This document shows positions 1 to 7,153 of a stretch of 31,007 nt of DNA, piece after piece. Positions within the stretch are counted from its first letter, which is position 1; each line of letters begins with the position of its first letter. Source of the stretch: a virus (Duplodnaviria; Caudoviricetes); IMG/VR virus record IMGVR_UViG_3300020045_001157, positions 1 to 31,007 of that record; one strand, written 5' to 3'. The notes under the pieces were generated by a model, which made no database searches, was not told where the DNA came from, and saw only the letters and a program-made list of their open reading frames with translations. The position numbers and the translations under genes were made by a program.

Positions 1-383
1 GTGTAAGCCGCATATTCCCGCGAATCTGCCAGCTCTTTTTCGCGTTTGGACTTTAGCTCGTTGATCTGTTTGACGTGAGCGATGTTTTCCTGAAACGTCA
101 GTTCACGTCCGATGTTTGCCCTAAATTGGTACTCTTCGCCAGTCTTCCAATCGCCATAAACACCCGCTGGAACCTTGCCATCATGCAAGACATACCAGCC
201 GCTTAAATCACCCTTTTTAGACCCTGTAGCGAAGCGGTGCAACTTACCGTCTGGAATGATGCTATCAGGTGCTTGGATGCAGTTTTCTGACATGTGTACA
301 CGCAGCTGATGCTCAGGAGGTAAAACTGGCGTATCTATCTGGACTGGAAAGCCATTGGGAAATATGCTTTTTAGACTGCTCAT
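1..383 (-). CDS. DNA primase (TraC/P4 alpha-like), N-terminal part, runs off the window edge
   Basis: Not in ORF track. Manual translation from ATG at 383: MSSLKSIFPNGF...IIPDGKLHRFATGSKKGDLSGWYVLHDGKVPAGVYGDWKTGE. The DGxxHRF / GWY / GxxGDW pattern is typical of the N-terminus of these primases. ATGA overlap with the upstream gene. Confidence 0.75.
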   Translation of the reverse strand, partial: MSSLKSIFPNGFPVQIDTPVLPPEHQLRVHMSENCIQAPDSIIPDGKLHRFATGSKKGDLSGWYVLHDGKVPAGVYGDWKTGEEYQFRANIGRELTFQENIAHVKQINELKSKREKELADSREYAAY

Positions 384-682
384 AGCTTCATGGCCCCAAT
401 AACCGCCAGCGCGACAGCCAACTCAGCCGAGTGTGAATTCTCTTCTTGCTTGTCGCCAACATTAGCCCACCAGTAGCCCATGCTGTCACGCCACGGAAAG
501 CAGTTAAAACGCTTTGCAATTGGCCAGATCACCAGCGGGTCACGGTAATCAAACGGCACCCATTCGCCATCTACAAGACAGTTGATATTGTGTTCTCCTG
601 ACTTGTCAATGTAGTCATGGATATGGAACGGGGACCAGCCAATGGCGATGGCGAGTGCTTTGCTTGTTTCGTGGTGTGACAT
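380..682 (-). CDS. hypothetical phage protein
   Basis: 100-aa ORF, AAGG upstream of the ATG, stop overlaps the primase start. Confidence 0.75.
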   Translation of the reverse strand: MSHHETSKALAIAIGWSPFHIHDYIDKSGEHNINCLVDGEWVPFDYRDPLVIWPIAKRFNCFPWRDSMGYWWANVGDKQEENSHSAELAVALAVIGAMKL

Positions 683-815
683 GATTGCCTTGTAAGTTTG
701 TTGAAAACGTCAATTTTAGGCGTGAAAGCATGGTGAAAATAAATTTAAAATTGTTTCTTTTTTGCGTTATTGTGTGGCACAATAGATCACATCAACAACC
801 AATAGGACAAACGAA
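683..815. promoter_or_regulatory. divergent promoter region
   Basis: AT-rich gap between divergent genes. Rightward TGTG-G-CACAAT at 773-783, leftward TAAAAT at 718-713. Confidence 0.55.
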
Positions 816-971
816 ATGAACAAAGACCCAATCATCAGCGCAAATATTCTGACAGCAATGGCTAACGGAATGGATTTGAAATCAGCTTTTGATTTTGTTA
901 TTGGTGAAGGTGCTTACGCTAAACTGGCTGGCGATGTTTATGATGCACTTCGCGAAAAACAAGGTTTGTAA
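816..971 (+). CDS. hypothetical protein (51 aa)
   Basis: Below ORF-track cutoff: MNKDPIISANILTAMANGMDLKSAFDFVIGEGAYAKLAGDVYDALREKQGL. AGGA RBS upstream. Confidence 0.8.
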   Translation: MNKDPIISANILTAMANGMDLKSAFDFVIGEGAYAKLAGDVYDALREKQGL

Positions 972-992
972 AATAAATTAGCGCACTAAACC

Positions 993-1003
993 TGCGCTAC
1001 AAT
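993..1003 (+). promoter_or_regulatory. sigma70-like early promoter, -10 region
   Basis: TGCGC-TACAAT, same consensus as 4796, 12877 and 14481. Followed by an ATCAACAAC leader and AAGGA. Confidence 0.65.
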
Positions 1004-1036
1004 AAAGACTCAACAATCAACAACCAAGGATAAAAA

Positions 1037-1237
1037 ATGGAAAGAAATGAAATCATCCGCAAACACCCGCAAATAAACCCGTGCGATTTTGGCGTTCCAG
1101 AAATTTACCGTGAAATGGCAGAAAACTACGCAACATGGCGCGTATCAAAGGAGCGCGAGGCGTGCCTTTGGGATTGTGGGAAATTTATCCTTGCAAGCGA
1201 GGCTGCAATCGAAATCGAAACTAGGAGCAAAAAATGA
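1037..1237 (+). CDS. hypothetical protein
   Basis: 66-aa ORF with AAGGA RBS, coupled to the next gene. Confidence 0.75.
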   Translation: MERNEIIRKHPQINPCDFGVPEIYREMAENYATWRVSKEREACLWDCGKFILASEAAIEIETRSKK

Positions 1238-1395
1238 AATACTGCAACAACAACTGCAATCAAGGGAGAGGCTGTCCTAATTGCGAAAAAGAACGCAGCC
1301 TTGTAAAAGAGGTTTTGATTGACTTGCTACTGTCGGTAGCTGGAGCTGGTTTTATTACTGGAGTAGTGGCTTATTTTATTGGGTATCAATTATGA
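1234..1395 (+). CDS. small Cys-rich membrane protein (53 aa)
   Basis: MKYCNNNCNQGRGCPNC... followed by hydrophobic LLLSVAGAGFITGVVAYFIG. AGGAG RBS and ATGA overlaps at both ends. Confidence 0.8.
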   Translation: MKYCNNNCNQGRGCPNCEKERSLVKEVLIDLLLSVAGAGFITGVVAYFIGYQL

Positions 1396-1682
1396 AAGTT
1401 ATAACAGCAACAGACGCGATGGTTCACCCGCGCGTCATGGCGACTATGAATTCGTATAGCTTGACGGTTGAGCGACTTATTGCAGAGCGGGATGCACTTA
1501 AAGCTGAGTTGCAGTCAATGCAAGATCTGTTTATTCCGCATGGCACTGGTCCTGGTGCGATGGATAAGATGATCTCGGAAAGCAATGCACTAAAGGCAGA
1601 TGCTGAGAAGTGGCGAGCATACGATGCCGATAGGACGGCCCTCTATGCCGGTTTTATGACTGCTATGGGGGGATCATCATGA
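1392..1682 (+). CDS. hypothetical coiled-coil protein
   Basis: 96-aa ORF, ATGA overlaps. Confidence 0.75.
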   Translation: MKVITATDAMVHPRVMATMNSYSLTVERLIAERDALKAELQSMQDLFIPHGTGPGAMDKMISESNALKADAEKWRAYDADRTALYAGFMTAMGGSS

Positions 1683-1924
1683 CCGAAATCAGACCTGAAT
1701 TACCGCCGCTGCCATCTTCATTGAAGCACGCAAAACTAGTGTTGCATGAAGTTGATGCTATCAAAGAATGGGGGCACGCCTGCCGCGCTGATCTAGTCAC
1801 CCGAGTGCAAGAGCTTGAAGCTGCTGCGAAGTTGGCTTTGGATGCACTGATTGGTCAAGGCTACTACGACACAGCCCAACAGCGAGAAGCAATCGAAGCG
1901 CTCAGAAAGGCAGGTATCGAATGA
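1679..1924 (+). CDS. hypothetical protein
   Basis: 81-aa ORF, ATGA overlaps. Confidence 0.75.
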   Translation: MTEIRPELPPLPSSLKHAKLVLHEVDAIKEWGHACRADLVTRVQELEAAAKLALDALIGQGYYDTAQQREAIEALRKAGIE

Positions 1925-2067
1925 CAAAACAACAACTGCTTGACATCATCAAGCTGCTATCAGCACTGGAGTCTTGGAGCTTTGCTGAAAAGCATCGCCC
2001 GCCAGATTACTTGCTGGAAGATATTCAGAAATCAGTTGATGCACTTACTGTGGAGATTTTGAAATGA
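1921..2067 (+). CDS. hypothetical protein (48 aa)
   Basis: MTKQQLLDIIKLLSALESWSFAEKHRPPDYLLEDIQKSVDALTVEILK fills the gap, with ATGA overlaps on both sides. Confidence 0.75.
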   Translation: MTKQQLLDIIKLLSALESWSFAEKHRPPDYLLEDIQKSVDALTVEILK

Positions 2068-2978
2068 AAACAACTATCGAAGCGATGAAGCAAGTAAAAG
2101 AATTTTTACTTACGCTTTTGCAGAACTCAACAGATGTAACGTCAATTAGCTTAGAAATCCTCGCGTTAGATGAAGCCATCGCCCGCGAAGAAGCGCAGAT
2201 CGTGGAGCCAATCGGGTATGCAGACCAGCATGGACGACTTTACGACATCAAAGTTATAAAAGCTCTCATGATGAATACGACTGAAATGATCCCAGTATTC
2301 ACCCACCAAGCACCAGCCAAACAACCCCCAAAAGCTATCACTACGGCGATCATGCGCGATGACGGCGGCGAGAAACCTGTCTATCTGGTTGCTACAGGGG
2401 TAGTGCATGAGGGCCAAGAGACTTACACTCGCCATAATGCACAACCACCACTATGTGACGCTGAAAGGCTACTTACACCGAAATTAGGCAAACAATTAAT
2501 ATCAGTAAACCGCGATTTACTGATAAAAGAGTTACGAGCAATACCATATCAATGGTGTTCTACAGTTTACATTAATAATCGAGTAATTGAGGCTGCCGAC
2601 ATGCTAGCTGCTGATGCGCAGCACGATGCTTTTAACGATGCGTTTAGCGATGGACGGCAACCATGGCGCCAAGACGCGAAACAGGTGGTAGTTCCGAATG
2701 GGTGGAAACTTGTGCCAATTAATCCGACTTCTGAAATGTGTGTATCACTCCGCTTATTCCGAAGCCTAACATCTGAGCAGACGCATCGTGTTTATAGCGC
2801 CATGCTCGCCGCTGCACCACAGCCACCACAATCCTCACCAGAGAAAGAGCCTCATGGCTGGATGATACAAGGAAGCAATCAAGTATTTAAAGGCGAACAC
2901 GCAGAACTAGACTCAAAAGCAGAAGCTAAACGATGCGGTGGAACTTGCTACGCTTACCCTATTTATTTGAATCCATGA
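2064..2978 (+). CDS. mosaic early hypothetical protein
   Basis: 304 aa. Contains VPNGWKLVP...MLAAAPQ, a module common in phage accessory proteins. Shares blocks with 14197..14439 and 15039..15701. Confidence 0.75.
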   Translation: MKTTIEAMKQVKEFLLTLLQNSTDVTSISLEILALDEAIAREEAQIVEPIGYADQHGRLYDIKVIKALMMNTTEMIPVFTHQAPAKQPPKAITTAIMRDDGGEKPVYLVATGVVHEGQETYTRHNAQPPLCDAERLLTPKLGKQLISVNRDLLIKELRAIPYQWCSTVYINNRVIEAADMLAADAQHDAFNDAFSDGRQPWRQDAKQVVVPNGWKLVPINPTSEMCVSLRLFRSLTSEQTHRVYSAMLAAAPQPPQSSPEKEPHGWMIQGSNQVFKGEHAELDSKAEAKRCGGTCYAYPIYLNP

Positions 2979-3409
2979 GCAAATACCTACAAATAGCCAA
3001 GGCAATAGCCCAACTAAGCAAAGACACAACAAAAGTCGGAGCTGTGATTATTGGCAAAGACGGAAGCGGTGGACCTTGGGGATATAACGGCTCACCACGA
3101 AAGTGCAATGCAGACGAAGACGAACGGCGTGAGCGACCAGAGAAGTATTTTTGGTTTGAGCACGCAGAACGAAACGCCATTTACGCAGCGGCAAAAGCTG
3201 GGTTTTCAACCAATGGTACGACTTTGGTAGTAACTCACCCGCCGTGTATTGACTGTGCAAGGGCTATCGTTCAGGCTGGGATTGTGAGGGTTGTAGCAGC
3301 TAATCCTGACGCTGAATTTATGGCTAGATGGCTAGAAAGCACGGTTAGAACTAAACGCATGTTTGATGAATGTGGGATTGAATTTGAGATTATTGGAGAA
3401 TCAACATGA
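2975..3409 (+). CDS. dCMP deaminase family protein
   Basis: KVGAVI, GYNG, HAERNAI and PCIDC zinc-deaminase motifs. Start moved to the ATG at 2975 (ATGA overlap). Confidence 0.92.
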   Translation: MSKYLQIAKAIAQLSKDTTKVGAVIIGKDGSGGPWGYNGSPRKCNADEDERRERPEKYFWFEHAERNAIYAAAKAGFSTNGTTLVVTHPPCIDCARAIVQAGIVRVVAANPDAEFMARWLESTVRTKRMFDECGIEFEIIGEST

Positions 3410-3642
3410 CATTTGAAGAATGGTATTCACTAGAGGATACCGAGCTAGAAGACAACGCGCCAAGCACCTATGATTTTGATTCTCATCATAAATACTGGCT
3501 TAAGGCTGCGTTTGATGCTGGTCGTAAACAGGCGCTTGAAGAAGTTAAACATTGCATCCTGAATCAAGTTAACAGGATTGATGAAGACAACTTTGAAGCA
3601 GGTGTTGCCTACTCTCTAGACTCAATTAAGGACTTGAAATGA
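3406..3642 (+). CDS. hypothetical protein
   Basis: 78-aa ORF, GGAG RBS, overlaps both neighbours. Confidence 0.75.
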   Translation: MTFEEWYSLEDTELEDNAPSTYDFDSHHKYWLKAAFDAGRKQALEEVKHCILNQVNRIDEDNFEAGVAYSLDSIKDLK

Positions 3643-4280
3643 ACACAAAACTAATCTGGGCAACGCCCGAAGCTGACAAGCTTATCGCCTACATTGCGCG
3701 GGTATCAAACCCGGCTAATCAAGAAAACGAATCAATTGAAGGTTTGCTTAAATACATGATGACTCACAATCACGTAAGCCCGTTTGAGATGGCGAGCGCG
3801 TGCATTGAAATAACTACGACGCGAGACATTGGCCGTCAAATTTTGCGCCATCGTAGCTTTAGCTTTCAAGAATTCAGCCAGCGATACGCAAACACGAACG
3901 ACCTACCAGACTCACCATTGCGAGAATGTCGCTTGCAAGACGCAGTTAACAGACAGAACTCGATTCAGTGCCATGATGGTGATATCAGTGATTGGTGGAT
4001 TGCAGCTCAAGAAACAATTGCGTCAACTGCCTCAGACCTTTACGAATCGGCCTTAGTATTCGGTATCGCCAAAGAACAGGCCCGCGCCTTACTACCTGAA
4101 GGATTGACAACCAGCCGCATGTATATGAGTGGCACGCTTCGCAGTTGGCTGCATTACCTACAGTCACGCCTTGACCCATCAACCCAAAAGGAACACCGAG
4201 CCATTGCACAGCAAGTTTTAGAGCAATTGCGAGCTGTCGCACCAGTGACTATTAACGCATTTTTCCCGGTGATGCAATGA
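3639..4280 (+). CDS. thyX: FAD-dependent thymidylate synthase
   Basis: HVSPFE, RHRSFSFQEFSQRY (RHRx7S signature), AKEQARALLP, TQKEHR. Confidence 0.96.
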   Translation: MNTKLIWATPEADKLIAYIARVSNPANQENESIEGLLKYMMTHNHVSPFEMASACIEITTTRDIGRQILRHRSFSFQEFSQRYANTNDLPDSPLRECRLQDAVNRQNSIQCHDGDISDWWIAAQETIASTASDLYESALVFGIAKEQARALLPEGLTTSRMYMSGTLRSWLHYLQSRLDPSTQKEHRAIAQQVLEQLRAVAPVTINAFFPVMQ

Positions 4281-4528
4281 CCTGCATTAGCTTTGGCGGT
4301 AAAAATCCAAATGATCCAGTTGGATTTATCTGCGTGAATGAACAACATCGTTTTCATGTAGGAAACCGATATATCTGGATGAGTTGGCATAACTACACTG
4401 GCCCATCGTTTTACACAATGGAAAAGTGTAACGAGGTCTACTACGAACCAAAAGACGAAAACGACCAGGTATGGACCGAGTTTTACAAATGGTTTGAAAA
4501 AAGAAACCAAAAAAAGGCAAAGACATGA
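4277..4528 (+). CDS. hypothetical protein
   Basis: 83-aa ORF, ATGA overlaps. Confidence 0.7.
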   Translation: MTCISFGGKNPNDPVGFICVNEQHRFHVGNRYIWMSWHNYTGPSFYTMEKCNEVYYEPKDENDQVWTEFYKWFEKRNQKKAKT

Positions 4529-4794
4529 CCTGCCAACACAACGCCCAGTCATGCGTGATTGAAACCAGGCGCGACAGTCCAACGACGATCTACCGTGTAA
4601 GGCTTTGCAACTGCTGTTTTCAGCGATATATCACCGTCGAAACAATCTTTGATGGCGAGATGCCAAAAAGCAAAAAGAAGCGCGTAAGAGATTACGCATC
4701 AGAGAAAATCAGGCGCGAAGCCAATAAAGAAAAAGAGATGAAAATTTCACATTCTTCAAAAAATATTGCAAGCGTGTGGAAAAACACCCAGTAA
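4525..4794 (+). CDS. NrdR-like N-terminal zinc-ribbon protein
   Basis: C..H...S.VIETR......IYRVRLCNCC.QRY.T.E resembles the NrdR N-terminus. No ATP cone, basic tail instead. Confidence 0.7.
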   Translation: MTCQHNAQSCVIETRRDSPTTIYRVRLCNCCFQRYITVETIFDGEMPKSKKKRVRDYASEKIRREANKEKEMKISHSSKNIASVWKNTQ

Positions 4795-4795
4795 T

Positions 4796-4806
4796 TGCGC
4801 TACACT
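4796..4806 (+). promoter_or_regulatory. promoter -10 region for the recombination/replication block
   Basis: TGCGC-TACACT, followed by a GC-rich inverted repeat (4815-4841) and an AGGA RBS. Confidence 0.6.
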
Positions 4807-4865
4807 TAAAGCACGCCACGAACTGACCGTCAGACGGTGGCTAATTCAACAGATAGGATTCAAAA

Positions 4866-5606
4866 ATGGCAATCGACCTTAGCTCTATCAAGAAGGGTAA
4901 AAACCTTCGTCCCCCTCGCATTTTCCTTTACAGCACGCACGGCATTGGTAAAAGCACATTTGCCAGCCAAGCACCAAACCCAATCTTCATTTGTGCTGAA
5001 GACGGCCTAGACGCCTTGGACGTGGCGCACTTTCCAATCGCTACCAGTAGCGCCGATGTCATGGAAATGATTCAGACGCTTTACACCGAAGAACACGAAT
5101 ACCAGACGGTGGCACTCGATACAGTTGACTGGCTGGAGAACTTGCTTAACAGCGAGATTGAAGCCGAGCATGACGCTAAAGAGCTTGCTTATGGCCGGGC
5201 TGCAATGTATTTGGCGAACAAGTGGCGCGACATTCTAGACGGGTTTAACGCCCTGCGAAACGACAAAGGAATGAACGTCATTCTCATTGGTCACAGTGAG
5301 ATTAAGAGATTCGATAGCCCCGAGGTAGACAGCTATGACCGTTATCAGCCAAAGCTTCAGACACGATCAAGCGCCATCATTCAAGAATGGGCAGACTGTG
5401 TTTTCTTTGCAAATTACAAGACGGTCGTCAAGAAAGAGGACTTGGGATTCAACAAAGAACGAGGACGGGCTATCAGCAATGGTGAACGCATGATCTTCAC
5501 GCAAGAAAAGCCAGCTTATCTCGCAAAGAATCGCTACAGCTTACCCGATAGCTTTTCGCTGAATTGGGGCGCGTTTAATGATGCAATGATTAAGGCGGTT
5601 GTATGA
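4866..5606 (+). CDS. Sak4-like AAA ATPase / ssDNA-annealing recombinase
   Basis: Walker A-like STHGIGKST, Walker B VALDTVDWLE, ILIGHS, EWADCVFF, AKNRY. Lies upstream of an SSB. Confidence 0.88.
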   Translation: MAIDLSSIKKGKNLRPPRIFLYSTHGIGKSTFASQAPNPIFICAEDGLDALDVAHFPIATSSADVMEMIQTLYTEEHEYQTVALDTVDWLENLLNSEIEAEHDAKELAYGRAAMYLANKWRDILDGFNALRNDKGMNVILIGHSEIKRFDSPEVDSYDRYQPKLQTRSSAIIQEWADCVFFANYKTVVKKEDLGFNKERGRAISNGERMIFTQEKPAYLAKNRYSLPDSFSLNWGAFNDAMIKAVV

Positions 5607-5776
5607 GAAATTCAAGTAATAGGCCGTTATTCGGTGGATCAATATTCAACCAGGAGTTGAAAAACACAAAACAAGAGCGCGAGACTGTGGTTAGCAATAG
5701 AGCAATGAGACGGATTGCAAAAAAGAATCCAGGAATCACCCACAACGTCTACATTCAAGTCGAAAAGAAACTGTAG
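5603..5776 (+). CDS. hypothetical basic protein (57 aa)
   Basis: Manual translation MRNSSNRPLFGGSIFNQELK...; ATGA overlap, fills the gap. Confidence 0.6.
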   Translation: MRNSSNRPLFGGSIFNQELKNTKQERETVVSNRAMRRIAKKNPGITHNVYIQVEKKL

Positions 5777-5781
5777 GTTGT

Positions 5782-6021
5782 ATGAGCAAGATTGAAACAG
5801 GTGGTACAGCGTTTCCTACCCGATTAACAGGTCCATGCCGTGCTCACGGAATTGAAGCTAAAAATGGAGAGCTAATTGAATTTACTGGTATGACCCTGCG
5901 CGATTACTTTGCAGCGAAGGCTATGCAAGCAATGCTCAGCACTGTTACGGAGGCCAATTCAAAAGACATCGCTCACATCGCATACAAGATGGCCGACTCC
6001 ATGCTAGATGCCCGAAAATGA
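5782..6021 (+). CDS. conserved phage hypothetical protein
   Basis: GGTAFP...GMTLRDYFAAKAMQ...AYKMADSML is a widespread small phage protein pattern. Confidence 0.85.
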   Translation: MSKIETGGTAFPTRLTGPCRAHGIEAKNGELIEFTGMTLRDYFAAKAMQAMLSTVTEANSKDIAHIAYKMADSMLDARK

Positions 6022-6197
6022 CAAACATTATCAACTTCACAGAGCCACCTAAAGTGCAGTGTAAATGTTCTTTCTGTGGCAAGACTGAACACCAAGTTGA
6101 GCGGCTTGTTTCAAATAATCAAGCCGGAAAAGACGAACGAAACATTTGCAATGAGTGCATTGAAAAAGCAAATGAACTATTGAAAGGCGGAGAATGA
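6018..6197 (+). CDS. stand-alone ClpX C4-type zinc-finger protein (59 aa)
   Basis: Not in ORF track: MTNIINFTEPPKVQCKCSFCGKTEHQVERLVSNNQAGKDERNICNECIEKANELLKGGE. CSFCGK...ICNECI pattern, ATGA overlaps on both sides. Confidence 0.85.
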   Translation: MTNIINFTEPPKVQCKCSFCGKTEHQVERLVSNNQAGKDERNICNECIEKANELLKGGE

Positions 6198-6583
6198 ACA
6201 CATCAGAACTCTCAAAACTATGGCTTAAAGCCAAGTCTGACGAACACGAAGCGCAAGAGCGACGCCGATCAATCGAAGATCAACTAAGCAAAGCACTGAA
6301 GGTTGACGACCGCCTAGACGCCGTGCAAACGACTAAACTATCTGATTTCACTGTCAAAGTGACAACCCGCTTAAATCGCAAGGTTGACGCTGATCTGGTT
6401 CAGGAAATCGCAAGCGAGAACTACATGATAGATTATTTATCTCAGTTGTTTCGCTGGAAACCTGACATCAATCTGACTGCATGGAAAAATGCACCAAAAG
6501 AAGTAACGCAACAGCTCTCAAAAGCAATCACCACCACGGCTTCACGGCCATCATTTTCAATCACTACTGTAAATAAGGAATAA
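6194..6583 (+). CDS. conserved hypothetical protein of the recombination module
   Basis: 129 aa, N-terminal coiled coil, LFRWKPDIN, ends RPSFSIT. Located between the Sak4-like gene and SSB. Confidence 0.8.
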   Translation: MNTSELSKLWLKAKSDEHEAQERRRSIEDQLSKALKVDDRLDAVQTTKLSDFTVKVTTRLNRKVDADLVQEIASENYMIDYLSQLFRWKPDINLTAWKNAPKEVTQQLSKAITTTASRPSFSITTVNKE

Positions 6584-6588
6584 GCAAC

Positions 6589-7104
6589 ATGGCACACATC
6601 GGAATGAGTTTTACGGACGAAGACTTGGCATCCACTGGCGACGGTGACTTTTCACCATTGCCAGCCGGGGAATATGCAGTCACCATTGACGGCGCAGACT
6701 TGAAGCAAACCAAGGCGGGAGACGGCACATATATCAATCTGAAAATGATTGTTGACGGCCCAACACACATGGGGCGCATTGTTTTTTCGATGCTCAACAT
6801 TCAAAACCCAAGCCAAAAAGCCGAGGCTATTGGCCGTGGTCAACTTGGTGACATTCTGCGCATTCTCGGAATTCAGGCGGCAACCTTTGAGGACACAGAC
6901 CAGCTTTTAGGTGGTCAAATGATTGTCAAGCTGGCAGTCAAAGAAGCCCAAGGCGAGTACAAGGCAGGAAACAACGTGCAGGCTTACAAGCCATTGACAG
7001 GAGGCGCACCAGCCGCAACGCCTACACCCCGCGCAGCTACACCAGCCGCACGACCCGCAACTCCATCGCCTGCGGCTAAGTCGCCACCTTGGGCTAAGAA
7101 GTAA
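6589..7104 (+). CDS. DUF669-like single-stranded DNA-binding protein
   Basis: FSPLPAGEY...TKAGDGTYINL...GRIVF...N, Pro/Ala-rich tail ending PPWAKK. AAGGA RBS. Confidence 0.8.
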   Translation: MAHIGMSFTDEDLASTGDGDFSPLPAGEYAVTIDGADLKQTKAGDGTYINLKMIVDGPTHMGRIVFSMLNIQNPSQKAEAIGRGQLGDILRILGIQAATFEDTDQLLGGQMIVKLAVKEAQGEYKAGNNVQAYKPLTGGAPAATPTPRAATPAARPATPSPAAKSPPWAKK

Positions 7105-7113
7105 GTAAGAATC

Positions 7114-7133
7114 AGACCCGCTTCGGCGGGTTT
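7114..7133 (+). terminator. intrinsic terminator-like hairpin
   Basis: AGACCCGC-TTCG-GCGGGTTT, short U tract. Confidence 0.65.
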
Positions 7134-7153
7134 ATCAACATAAAAGGATTGTT

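Noticed and set aside
2975-4280. Hypermodified-base synthesis pathway
   Set aside because: dCMP deaminase plus ThyX is explained by ordinary dTMP supply. No base-modifying transferase, kinase or dedicated polymerase is seen in the window.
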